Source: Patescibacteria group bacterium
GTDB taxonomy: Bacteria > Patescibacteriota > UBA1384 > JBBRAU01
Length of the DNA: 64,000 nucleotides
Direction: 5' to 3'
NCBI GenBank assembly: GCA_038206475.1
Contig: JBBRAU010000001.1
Location: forward strand, 141,732 to 205,731
Within the stretch, counting starts at the first letter, position 1, and every line of letters begins with the position of its first letter. The translations under genes were made by a program, and so were the position numbers. Shown here one piece after another: positions 26,232 through 34,634 of the stretch. A model generated the notes under the pieces. It did not search any database, was not told the DNA's origin, and saw only the letters and a program-made list of their open reading frames with translations.

Positions 26232-28985
26232 ATGCATAGTGCATCGTACAGCTCTCCACCGCATGCATCGCTCCGCCGTCTCAGTCAGCTGGTGCTGGCT
26301 GGTCTGACCGTCGTGCAGACGGTAGTTTTGGGCGTCGGCGCCGGTGGTGTGGCTCATGCCGCAAGTGGTATTGAGCTCACAGAGTTTGTCCCAAGCTACG
26401 GTGGCCAAGCCGAAGTTGAATTAAAAAACACCGGCAGCACCCCGGTTGACATCAGTGGAACCACTATCGCTATCAACGGCACCTCACGTTTGACTATTCC
26501 CGCCGCCACCATGCTGGCCGCTGGTCAAAGCCAGGCCTTTGCTGCCGGCTCTGCCGTTGCTAGCTCCGCCACAACCACCAGCTTGACCGTTGCAGTCACC
26601 GACCCAACCGGCGTCGTCCAGAGCCTGTCGCTTGGTTTGCTTGGTGATTTGCCGGCACCGGACAGCAGCCGGGCGGTCGCCAAAATCGGCGGCGTTTACT
26701 ACGCCAACCTGCTGCCAACCTTAAATGCTGACAATACGACCAGCGGGTTGACCTTGCCGGACCAGCCGGCAAGCCTCATGATTGGCGGCGACAACGCGAT
26801 CTCCAGCGACGAGCAGTCCGCCACGCCATTTCAGCTGACCTTAGCCAGCCATGCCGCCGGCACCGAGTTTGCTAAGAGCTACCTCGTGCAGAGTGGTGCT
26901 GTTCGTGACGCTGCCACAGGCTTGGTTACCGGCAGCCCGGCCAGCTGGACAGCCAACACAACTGACCTGACCGCCGGCAGTGCCACCGGCCGCGTTTACC
27001 TTGAATCAAGCAGCGGTGTCAGAAGCGCCATTCTCGGCCAAGCCGTGACAGTCAGCACTGCCCCAGTTATTGTGCCGCTTGCCGCCAGTATCAGCGAGCC
27101 GGCTGTCGGCAACCGCGCCTTCACCACCGTGACTTATACGGTGAGCCGCGACGCCGAGTCGGCGGTACTGCGCTTCTCCACAGACGGTGCCTTTGCGACC
27201 GGTATGCACGAAGAGAGCGTGCCGGCTGGTGCCGGCAGCCACACCGTTGCACCAACCGGGGCCGGATTAACCAACGGCCAGCGTTACGCCGTCCGGTTGG
27301 TTGTCTCGGACGCCAGCGGACAAAGTGTAACGGCCAACGCCCTTGGCCTATTCAGCTACGACCCAGAGGTGCCAGCTGGCAGTTTCTCAATTCGTAGCAC
27401 GACGACGCCGGTAACCGACAACGTCAGTTTGACGACCGGTCAAGAAGTCAACTTAGTCATCCCAGCCAGTAGCTTATCCGACAATGTTACCGCAACGCCG
27501 TTTTTGAAAGTTGAATTCTCAAACGACGGTCAGCATTTTGGTAGCGCCACTGACGCCCACGGCAACATTACCGACGCAACTCCAGTGTTGGTGGCCAATT
27601 TGCCGCTCGGCGCCGATGGCAAGTACGTCGTGACCTCAGCCGGCCGCCGCTGGTTTTTGACCGATGGCAATGGCAGCAAAACCATTTCCTTCCATGTCAT
27701 TGACGAAGCCGGCAACCGCAGCCCTGTCGTCAGTCAAAACATTGAGCTGGACACGCGCTTAACCGGTTTGACAGGTATTGTTCTGCCAGCAGGCACGACC
27801 ACGACCGAGCTGCATCCGTTCGCCGCAAGCACCGACGATATCATTGTGAAAAGCATCACGACCAAATCAGACAGCGCCGTCACTCTGACCGCCAGCCATT
27901 ACGCCAGCAATCCTTATCCAACTGGTGTTTTGCCAGAGGGCTACACGTTGGTCGGTCCATACTTTAACTTGTCGGTCAATCCAGACAAAAGCCTTAGCTA
28001 CCCAACAACCTTCCGGGTCTACTTCACCCAAGCTGAGCTTGATGGCGCCGGTGTGACCATTGGTAAGATGGCTAGCGCTGTATTCTACGATGCCAGTTCA
28101 AATCACTGGAAACTGTACCAAGGCGACGAAGGCCGCTCAATTGTGGTTAAAAGCTCTGACCGTGCTGGCTTCGTCGGCTACGTCGAGGTTACGGCTAACC
28201 ACCTGACGCCGATGGCCTTGGCCGCCAAAACCGCCGCCTTTGCCCCAGCCGGTCTAACCGTCACGCCGCACAACGGTCAAGTAACCCTGAAATGGGACGC
28301 CCGTTCGTCGGCGACGCACTACCTGGTGGTTTATCGCCGCCAAGGCAGCACCGAGGCGACACAGGTGGGAACTACAGGCACAGAAGTGACCATCTCCGGT
28401 CTTGGTAACGGTACCACCTACGAGTTCTTCGTTTATGGATTGGACGACTTCGGCAACCAGAGCGCCTTGTCGGCCACCGCGGCTGCTACGCCGATTGCGC
28501 CCGTCGTCAAGACCGCCAGTGCACCAACACGCCACTTCGATCGCTTCGGTAACTTAGTTGACCAAAACGACAACATTATTGCCACCGTGCAATCCTCAAC
28601 GGCCACGACACCAGCCGAAACCAGTTCACCGACGCCAACCCCGGAGGTTACCGCTTCGGCCAGTTCGAGCCCGGAAGAAACCTCAACCAGCTCAGACCGT
28701 ACACCGTGGATCGTGCTCGGCGTGCTGGTGGCACTGGCCGCTCTGGCCACGGCCGGTTACTTCTACTGGTTCCGTGACGAAGACGACCTACCGCCAACTG
28801 TCCCTCCGACCAGCGGCGGAAGTGTTGCCAAGACCGAAGTCAAAAAGACCAATCAAGGTGGGGTAACGACCACCGTTCGCGGCCCATCCGGCCAGCCCGA
28901 GGCACCGCCACCTCCACCAGCCAGACCGCAGACGCCGTCCCCGGAAAAACCACCTACAGACAAAGCTCCGCCCCCTCGTTGGTGA
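26232..28985 (+). CDS. large cell-surface protein: signal peptide, LTD-like domain, FN3 domain, C-terminal TM anchor and Pro-rich cytoplasmic tail
   Basis: Signal/TM LVLAGLTVVQTVVLGVGAGGVAHA. LTD-like IELTEFVPSYGGQAEVELKNTGSTPVDISG. FN3 LTVTPHNGQVTLKWDARSSATHYLVVYRRQG...TYEFFVYGLD. TM WIVLGVLVALAALATAGYFYWF then PPTVPP...PPPPPARPQTPSPEKPP. AAAGGAAG precedes ATG 26232. Confidence 0.7.
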   Translation: MHSASYSSPPHASLRRLSQLVLAGLTVVQTVVLGVGAGGVAHAASGIELTEFVPSYGGQAEVELKNTGSTPVDISGTTIAINGTSRLTIPAATMLAAGQSQAFAAGSAVASSATTTSLTVAVTDPTGVVQSLSLGLLGDLPAPDSSRAVAKIGGVYYANLLPTLNADNTTSGLTLPDQPASLMIGGDNAISSDEQSATPFQLTLASHAAGTEFAKSYLVQSGAVRDAATGLVTGSPASWTANTTDLTAGSATGRVYLESSSGVRSAILGQAVTVSTAPVIVPLAASISEPAVGNRAFTTVTYTVSRDAESAVLRFSTDGAFATGMHEESVPAGAGSHTVAPTGAGLTNGQRYAVRLVVSDASGQSVTANALGLFSYDPEVPAGSFSIRSTTTPVTDNVSLTTGQEVNLVIPASSLSDNVTATPFLKVEFSNDGQHFGSATDAHGNITDATPVLVANLPLGADGKYVVTSAGRRWFLTDGNGSKTISFHVIDEAGNRSPVVSQNIELDTRLTGLTGIVLPAGTTTTELHPFAASTDDIIVKSITTKSDSAVTLTASHYASNPYPTGVLPEGYTLVGPYFNLSVNPDKSLSYPTTFRVYFTQAELDGAGVTIGKMASAVFYDASSNHWKLYQGDEGRSIVVKSSDRAGFVGYVEVTANHLTPMALAAKTAAFAPAGLTVTPHNGQVTLKWDARSSATHYLVVYRRQGSTEATQVGTTGTEVTISGLGNGTTYEFFVYGLDDFGNQSALSATAAATPIAPVVKTASAPTRHFDRFGNLVDQNDNIIATVQSSTATTPAETSSPTPTPEVTASASSSPEETSTSSDRTPWIVLGVLVALAALATAGYFYWFRDEDDLPPTVPPTSGGSVAKTEVKKTNQGGVTTTVRGPSGQPEAPPPPPARPQTPSPEKPPTDKAPPPRW

Positions 28986-29000
28986 TCTCGTCAAACGAAT

Positions 29001-29040
29001 AAAAAACATCCCCGCGCGAATGCCCGCGCGGGGATGGTAC
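29001..29040 (+). terminator. strong hairpin after the surface-protein gene (putative terminator)
   Basis: aaaaaaCATCCCCGCGCGaatgccCGCGCGGGGATGgtac. 12-bp GC-rich stem preceded by an A-run (T-run for the opposite strand), with only a weak T tract after it on the plus strand. Confidence 0.5.
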
Positions 29041-29062
29041 GGTTTGCGCTATACTGAGAACA

Positions 29063-29461
29063 ATGTCCCGCTCTGAGCAATTGACGAATCTTCTCTTTCG
29101 CGTCGGCGGTTTTATGGTGCTTATCTATGCCTTCTGGCTGATCGGCCGTGCCATCGTGCAAAACATTCACCAAAACCAGACGTTGGCTGATGCGACCAAA
29201 GCGGTGGATGCAGCCAAAGCGAAAAATGACGCTTTGCGCCTGGAGATTGCCTACGAGCAGACCGATACTTACCGCGAGAAGGAGCTTCGGCGTCGCTTCG
29301 GCTATCGCAAGGCTGGTGAAGTGGTGGTCTCAATGCCAGAGAATGCTGATCCGGAGACAACGCCGACGCCGACAGCTCAGCTGGAACCGCCGCCCGGTGT
29401 CGAGCGCTCGCCAGCCCGCCTTTGGTGGCAGTATTTCTTGGGTAAAAGCTCGCAGCGTTAA
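29063..29461 (+). CDS. ftsB: septum formation initiator family protein (FtsB/DivIC-like)
   Basis: One N-terminal TM (FMVLIYAFWLIGRAIV), coiled coil, and the FtsB/DivIC signature YREKELRRRFGYRKAGEVVV. Confidence 0.55.
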   Translation: MSRSEQLTNLLFRVGGFMVLIYAFWLIGRAIVQNIHQNQTLADATKAVDAAKAKNDALRLEIAYEQTDTYREKELRRRFGYRKAGEVVVSMPENADPETTPTPTAQLEPPPGVERSPARLWWQYFLGKSSQR

Positions 29462-31056
29462 GCGGCTTTTTGCTTGGCTAAGGCGGCAGCAACCAGCCCC
29501 AAAAAGAGGGGATGCGGCCGGGTCGGCCGCGACAGGAACTCCGGATGCGACTGTGTGGCTAAAAAGTAGGGATGGCCGGGCAATTCAATTAGCTCGGCCA
29601 AATCGCCATCGGGCGATAAGCCGGACAAGACCAGGCCTGTTCCCTCCAGCTGTTTATGGTAAGCCGGGTTGACTTCGTAGCGGTGACGATGGCGCTCCCA
29701 AATTTTAGATTGACCAAATAGCTCGGCGGCTTGGCTGCCGGCTTTCAGCCGAGCTTGGTAGGTGCCGAGGCGCAGGGTGCCGCCCAGCTCAGTGACATGG
29801 CGTTGATCTGGCAGGTAATCAACGACCGGCTGGGTCGTTTTTGGATCGAACTCGCTCGAGTTAGCATCCGTCAGGCCCGCTAAATCACGCGCGACTTCAA
29901 TCACCGCGCACTGCAGCCCAAGACAAATGCCGAGGAAGGGAATATTGTGCTCGCGGGCGTAGCGAATGGCCGTAATTTTACCCTCAATCCCGCGAATGCC
30001 AAAGCCGCCCGGTACCAAAATACCGTCGACCAGTTGAATCTGTTTGGGCAGCCGCCTGCCTTCAGCATCAATCGAGACAATTTGAACTTTGGCGTCGAGA
30101 GCCGCCCCGGCATGGCGCAGCGCCTCAGAAACCGATAAATAGGCATCAGGGTGGTCGAGGTATTTGCCGACCATGCCAATAGTTATGGTTTTTTTCAGGT
30201 GAGTGACGCGTCGAACCAGCTGCTTCCACTCGGAGAGGTTGCTCTTGCGACTCTTGAGTCCTAGTCGCTTCAAAACAACACGGGCTACGTGCTGCCGCTC
30301 CAAGTTAAGGGGCACTTCGTACAGGCTGTTAACGTCCAGTGCCTCGACGACATTCTCGTCGGCGATGCCGCCAAAGAGAGCGATTTTCTCACGCTCGGCG
30401 GCGGTCAGCGGCCGCTTGCAGCGCACTATCAACATATCGGGTACGATGCCGTAGCTCCTGAGCATGGCAACAGACTGCTGTATCGGCTTCGTTTTGCCTT
30501 CATCTGACGGGTAAATGTAATCCATTTTGACTACGTGGACGAACATGGCATTATGGCGTCCTACTTCCAGCGCATACTGGCGAATGGCCTCAATAAACGG
30601 CAGGGCTTCAAGGTCGCCGACGGTGCCGCCAACTTCGGCGATTAAAATATCTGGCTGATACTTCTCAATCGGCAGGCCCAGGCGTCGTTTAATTTCACCC
30701 GTGACGTGTGGCACCACCTGGATGGTTTTGCCGAGGTAGTCGCCTCGCCGCTCCTGCTCCATCAAGGTGCGGTAGACTGCGCCGGTGGTAAAATTGGACA
30801 GTTTAGTCAAAGCAATGTCCATGAACCGTTCGTAGTGGCCAAGGTCAAGGTCGGTTTCGGCGCCGTCGTCCGTCACAAATACCTCGCCGTGCTGAAACGG
30901 GTTCATGGTGCCAGCGTCTTCGTTTAAATACGGGTCGGCCTTAATTGGAATGACCGAAAAACCCTTATATTTTAAAAGCGCGCCAAGTGAAGCGACCGTA
31001 ATTCCTTTACCAATACCGGAGACAACGCCGCCGGTGACGAAAATGGTTTTGGCCAT
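29458..31056 (-). CDS. pyrG: CTP synthase
   Basis: MAKTIFVTGGVVSGIGKGI N-terminus. GATase triad region (GICLGLQ...H..H). Confidence 0.95.
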   Translation of the reverse strand: MAKTIFVTGGVVSGIGKGITVASLGALLKYKGFSVIPIKADPYLNEDAGTMNPFQHGEVFVTDDGAETDLDLGHYERFMDIALTKLSNFTTGAVYRTLMEQERRGDYLGKTIQVVPHVTGEIKRRLGLPIEKYQPDILIAEVGGTVGDLEALPFIEAIRQYALEVGRHNAMFVHVVKMDYIYPSDEGKTKPIQQSVAMLRSYGIVPDMLIVRCKRPLTAAEREKIALFGGIADENVVEALDVNSLYEVPLNLERQHVARVVLKRLGLKSRKSNLSEWKQLVRRVTHLKKTITIGMVGKYLDHPDAYLSVSEALRHAGAALDAKVQIVSIDAEGRRLPKQIQLVDGILVPGGFGIRGIEGKITAIRYAREHNIPFLGICLGLQCAVIEVARDLAGLTDANSSEFDPKTTQPVVDYLPDQRHVTELGGTLRLGTYQARLKAGSQAAELFGQSKIWERHRHRYEVNPAYHKQLEGTGLVLSGLSPDGDLAELIELPGHPYFLATQSHPEFLSRPTRPHPLFLGLVAAALAKQKAA

Positions 31057-31139
31057 ATGCTGCCTTTCGGTGTTTTTCCAACTTTACAAAAAGATGGCCC
31101 GGCTGGCCACCTGTTCTTTTTGCCGATTTCTGGTTTGGC

Positions 31140-31263
31140 AAGAACGTTACCAATTTCTTTGAAAATTGGTAAGAACCTGGCCTACGGCCAGAACCTTGCC
31201 AGCTGCTTCGCATCTGGTAAGAACCTGGCCAACTGCTTCGCATCTGGTAGCGGGGGTTGGACA
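31140..31263 (+). repeat. structured short-repeat family, copies pre-R1/R1/R2, plus a 19-nt duplicate of the tRNA-fMet 3' end (31245-31263)
   Basis: R1 31168-31200 is GGTAAG-AAC-CTGGCCtacGGCCAG-AAC-CTTGCC. R2 31216-31243 is a deletion variant. Before R1 sits ggcaagaacGTTACCAATttctttgaaaATTGGTAAgaacc. Each unit is preceded by cttcgcatCTGGTA, which matches the complement of the tRNA-fMet 3' end. Confidence 0.7.
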
Positions 31264-31439
31264 GACCCCTGGCGCGTCCGCCAGCCGGCGGACTTGCCGG
31301 GTACCCCCACACGCTTCGCCTGTCTAGCGGCAGACAGGCGTGTGACCGAACCAAGCTGCGCTTGATTCGGTCACACAACCCAATTACCAGAGAAGTGCCC
31401 ATCTTGCGATGAACACTTCTCTGGTAGCGGGGGTTGGAC
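31245..31439 (+). repeat. 19-nt direct repeat CTGGTAGCGGGGGTTGGAC (31245-31263 and 31421-31439) bounding a 157-nt segment with three perfect 8-11-bp hairpins
   Basis: The second copy is the 3' end of tRNA-fMet on the minus strand. Internal hairpins are GCCTGTCTagcggcAGACAGGC, GTGTGACCGAA...TTCGGTCACAC and CCAGAGAAGTG...CACTTCTCTGG. Confidence 0.7.
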
Positions 31440-31497
31440 TCGAACCAACGACCTCCAGCTTATGAGGCTGACGAGCTAACCACTGCTCCACCCCGCT
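31422..31497 (-). tRNA. tRNA-Met (CAU), initiator-like (A11:U24), with a paired A1-U72
   Basis: Minus-strand fold: AGCGGGG-TG-GAGC-AGTGGTTA-GCTC-G-TCAGC-CTCATAA-GCTGG-AGGTC-GTTGG-TTCGAGT-CCAAC-CCCCGCT-A-CCA. Very close to the bacterial tRNA-fMet consensus, except for 1-72 paired and only two G-C pairs in the lower anticodon stem. Confidence 0.8.
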
Positions 31498-31629
31498 ATA
31501 TGCGTGCACAACTTTAACTACTACTCGAATGAATCGAGCTTATATTAGTATACCATTTCTTATTTATGACGTCAATGTCAGAAGATGGCAGAAATGCCAT
31601 AAATATGCTAAAAATATAAGTGGACAGTT

Positions 31630-31742
31630 CATTTGCGCCAGGGTAAGAACTTCGCACTGCGTGCGAAAACCTTGCCCCAGCTCACTTCGTTCGCCAGGGT
31701 AACAACCTGAAGCTTCGCTTCAGAACGTTGCCCTGACCTTCA
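31630..31742 (+). repeat. structured short-repeat family, copies R3/R4, abutting the 5' end of tRNA-Met (plus)
   Basis: R3 31637-31676 is GCCAGGGTAAG-AAC-TTCGCACtgcGTGCGAA-AAC-CTTGCC. R4 31693-31733 is GCCAGGGTAAC-AAC-CTGAAGCttcGCTTCAG-AAC-GTTGCC. The outer boxes carry a compensatory G/C change and the inner stems differ entirely. GCCAGGGTA equals the first 9 nt of the adjacent tRNA. Confidence 0.7.
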
Positions 31743-31820
31743 GCCAGGGTAGCTCAGTTGGTTAGAGCGCGTCACTCATAACGACGAGGTTCGTGGGTTC
31801 GATCCCCACCCCTGGCACCA
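31743..31820 (+). tRNA. tRNA with CAU anticodon, elongator type (tRNA-Met, or tRNA-Ile2 if lysidinylated)
   Basis: GCCAGGG-TA-GCTC-AGTTGGTTA-GAGC-G-CGTCA-CTCATAA-CGACG-AGGTTC-GTGGG-TTCGATC-CCCAC-CCCTGGC-A-CCA. C11:G24 is elongator-type and 1-72 is paired. Confidence 0.75.
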
Positions 31821-31827
31821 AAATTAC

Positions 31828-32037
31828 ATGATGATATTGAATTTCCGAGCTACTGTTGAACGGAATTGCCAGATAAGCGCCGAGGAAAATGCCTATCTGG
31901 CGTATGTTCCCGATCTTGGGGTAGCGACTGATGGTGATACAGCGAAAGAAGTTCTGATAAGTATTCAAGAGATTGCAAGCATGTTCCTTCAAAGTCTGCG
32001 ACAAGACGGCTTAGTTGTGCCAAAGCCAGCCTTATGA
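31828..32037 (+). CDS. HicB-like / UPF0150 family small protein (antitoxin-type N-terminal domain only, 69 aa)
   Basis: AYLAYVPDLGVATDGDTAKEVLISIQEIASMFLQSLRQDGLVVPKP matches the HicB N-domain pattern (Y.A.VPDLPGC.T.G.T.EEAL.N..EAI). Its stop overlaps the lepA ATG (ATGA). Confidence 0.5.
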   Translation: MMILNFRATVERNCQISAEENAYLAYVPDLGVATDGDTAKEVLISIQEIASMFLQSLRQDGLVVPKPAL

Positions 32038-33851
32038 TCCAAGCTAATATTCGTAATTTTTGTATTATTGCCCACGTTGACCATGGTAAATCGACCCTGG
32101 CCGACCGTATGTTAGAGCTGACCAAAACGGTTGAGATGCGCGAGATGAAAGAGCAGCTGCTTGATCAAATGGACTTAGAGCGCGAGCGCGGTATTACTAT
32201 TAAGTTGCAACCAGTACGCATGCAGTGGCAAGGCGTCGAGATGAACTTAATTGACACGCCGGGACACGTTGATTTTGCCTATGAAGTTAGCCGCTCACTG
32301 GCGGCGGTTGAAGGCGCGGTTCTGTTGGTCGACGCCAGCCAAGGAATTCAAGCTCAAACGCTGGCCAATTTGCGCTTTGCCCGTGAGCATAATTTAGTCA
32401 TTATTCCGGTCATGAATAAAATTGACTTGCCCTCGGCCCGGCCAGAGGAGGTGGCGCTGCAGGTCAAAGAGCTGCTGCAGTGCACCGACGACGACATTCT
32501 GTTTGCCTCTGGCAAAACTGGCGAGGGTGTAACCGATATCTTAGATGCGGTCATTGCCCGCATTCCGGCCCCAAGCGGCCAAGCCGACGCCGCACCGCGA
32601 GCGCTCATTTTTGACTCAATTTACGATCCGTATCGCGGCGTCGTTATTTACGTACGCGTGGCAGACGGCCGGTTGCAAAAAGGAGATCGGGTACGTTTCT
32701 TGGCCACGAAGCGTGAGGCGCAGGTACTGGAAGTTGGCAGTTTCCGACCCAGTTTTCAGCCGGAGGCGGCGCTTGAGAGCGGCGAAATTGGCTATGTGAT
32801 TACCGATGTCAAAGCCGTCCGCGAGGCGCGGGTAGGGGACACACTGGCCCTGTCTGGCAAAGGTGGGGAGACAACGGCCTTGCCGGGCTACCGTGAGCCG
32901 CTGCCGATGGTTTACGCCGGCCTCTACCCGGCCCAAGGCGAGGCTTCAGCCAAGCTGCGCGATGCACTTGACCGTCTGAAATTGCAAGACGCCTCATTGT
33001 CGTTTGAGCCAGAATTTTCGCCAGCCTTAGGCTTCGGTTTTCGGGCCGGCTTTTTAGGTATGCTGCACCTGGATATTGTCCGTGAGCGTTTAGAGCGTCA
33101 CTTTGACCTTGACCTCATCATCACCACGCCGTCAGTGCCGGTTGAGGTGGTGCTATCGAGTGGGGAGGAGCGGATTATCCAGCGCGCCTCAGAGCTACCG
33201 AGCTCCAACGACCCCAGCTCGCGGCTGGGTCAGTTATCGATGGGGGAGATAGTTGAGTTGCGTGAGCCATGGGTGGCGGTTACGATTTTGACGCCAGAGC
33301 AGGGGATGGGCGGCGTGCTGGAGCTTTTGACTGGCCGACGGGGAATTCTTAAAAACGTCGCGCATTCTGGCTCTGGCACAGTCACGCTTGAAACCGAGGC
33401 TCCCCTACTCGGCGTCATTGTTGATTTCGCCGATAAGTTAAAAAGCTTAACCCAAGGCTACGCCTCATTTGACTATCATTTCATTGGTTTTCGGGCGGCT
33501 CCCCTCGCCCGCCTCGACGTTTTGATCGCCTCAGAGCCGGTTGACGCGCTAGCCCAAATTGTCCATAGAGACGAAGCCAAAGCCATTGGTGAACGCATTG
33601 TGACTAAATTGAAAGAGGCAATCCCTCGTCAGCAGTTTGTCATTAAACTGCAGGCGGCCATTGGCGCGACAATTGTTGCCCGCGAAGATATTCCAGCGGT
33701 TGGCAAAAACGTTACCGCGAAGCTCTATGGCGGCGACGTGACGCGTAAAAATAAACTGCTGGATAAGCAGAAAAAGGGTAAAAAGCGGCTGCAGCAAATT
33801 GGCAAAGTGGCTGTGCCAAATGAAGCTTTCTTGGCACTCCTGAGCCGGTAA
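32034..33851 (+). CDS. lepA: elongation factor 4 (LepA)
   Basis: G1 IIAHVDHGKSTL, G3 DTPGHVDF and the LepA-specific C-terminal domain. 605 aa. Confidence 0.95.
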   Translation: MIQANIRNFCIIAHVDHGKSTLADRMLELTKTVEMREMKEQLLDQMDLERERGITIKLQPVRMQWQGVEMNLIDTPGHVDFAYEVSRSLAAVEGAVLLVDASQGIQAQTLANLRFAREHNLVIIPVMNKIDLPSARPEEVALQVKELLQCTDDDILFASGKTGEGVTDILDAVIARIPAPSGQADAAPRALIFDSIYDPYRGVVIYVRVADGRLQKGDRVRFLATKREAQVLEVGSFRPSFQPEAALESGEIGYVITDVKAVREARVGDTLALSGKGGETTALPGYREPLPMVYAGLYPAQGEASAKLRDALDRLKLQDASLSFEPEFSPALGFGFRAGFLGMLHLDIVRERLERHFDLDLIITTPSVPVEVVLSSGEERIIQRASELPSSNDPSSRLGQLSMGEIVELREPWVAVTILTPEQGMGGVLELLTGRRGILKNVAHSGSGTVTLETEAPLLGVIVDFADKLKSLTQGYASFDYHFIGFRAAPLARLDVLIASEPVDALAQIVHRDEAKAIGERIVTKLKEAIPRQQFVIKLQAAIGATIVAREDIPAVGKNVTAKLYGGDVTRKNKLLDKQKKGKKRLQQIGKVAVPNEAFLALLSR

Positions 33852-33904
33852 TTTGACTAATCCAAACATGGGGGGTAGATTAAGGATAAGATTAAAGGAG
33901 GCAT

Positions 33905-34507
33905 ATGTTACAACGTGGCGCACTTCCCCGCCCTGGGTTTACTTTGATTGAGCTATTGGTAGTGATTGGTATCATTGCTATTTTAACGGCGCTCTTAGTG
34001 CCGACGATTACTAATGCCCGCAAACGGGCCACAGCCGGCGTGGCAGTTAACCAGTTAGTAAAGAACTGTGAAGCAGCTAAAAATTATTACGTTGGCGGCG
34101 GCGATATTACGCAATACTTCCAAGATATCGATCGCACAGGCTTGCCTGGCTACAATGCATCAACCACAAGTAGTACTGTTGGAGCTGTAAATCAGTCTTT
34201 CGTTCAAGGTGGACCAACAACTGGGTACTCAAATCAGTGGCAGTTATTTTCCTTTGGACCTCCAGCGAACACCTCGATCGCAACAAACTTTCCCAAATCA
34301 GATCAAGCCATTCAGTTGTACGCATACGATTGGACTAGCGGTGCGGCTGACAAATGGTTGCACGCTTACGATGGTTTAACTGTCGGTAGCTACAAGTTAG
34401 GCACAAACCATGCCGCTATTGCATGTGGCCTCTCAGCTGATGCGAGTCAACCCATTCTTTATTATTATTACAATAATGGCGATTCGCCTTGGCCGAAATT
34501 ACCCTAG
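33905..34507 (+). CDS. type IV pilin-like protein (prepilin-type N-terminal cleavage/methylation domain), paralog 1
   Basis: Leader MLQRGALPRPG then [30 protein letters not shown], a class III signal with hydrophobic helix. Variable C-terminal domain. AAAGGAGG lies upstream. Confidence 0.85.
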   Translation: MLQRGALPRPGFTLIELLVVIGIIAILTALLVPTITNARKRATAGVAVNQLVKNCEAAKNYYVGGGDITQYFQDIDRTGLPGYNASTTSSTVGAVNQSFVQGGPTTGYSNQWQLFSFGPPANTSIATNFPKSDQAIQLYAYDWTSGAADKWLHAYDGLTVGSYKLGTNHAAIACGLSADASQPILYYYYNNGDSPWPKLP

Positions 34508-34519
34508 TGTGATTGATTC

Positions 34520-34544
34520 AAAAAGCGCCTGACGGCGCTTTTTG
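34520..34544. terminator. bidirectional rho-independent terminator (pilin gene on plus, tRNA-Lys on minus)
   Basis: aaaaaGCGCCtgacGGCGCttttt. Confidence 0.75.
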
Positions 34545-34558
34545 AATGTCTTCATGCA

Positions 34559-34634
34559 TGGTGGGCCCATTGGGACTTGAACCCAAAACAAACGGCTTAA
34601 AAGGCCGCTGCTCTACCAATTGAGCTATAGGCCC
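34559..34634 (-). tRNA. tRNA-Lys (UUU)
   Basis: Minus-strand fold: GGGCCTA-TA-GCTC-AATTGGTA-GAGC-A-GCGGC-CTTTTAA-GCCGT-TTGTT-TTGGG-TTCAAGT-CCCAA-TGGGCCC-A-CCA. Confidence 0.85.

Noticed and set aside
24819-31500. Intact prophage or integrative element between the tRNA-linked direct repeats
   Set aside because: The direct repeats are only 139-157 nt apart and no integrase, recombinase or phage gene is present. At most these are scars or miniature elements.
31140-31742. Possible CRISPR array (regularly spaced short repeats near tRNAs)
   Set aside because: The conserved parts are the flanks and the variable part is a palindromic stem, the opposite of CRISPR's identical repeats and unique spacers. 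Only 4-5 units are present, spacing is irregular, and no cas genes are in the window.
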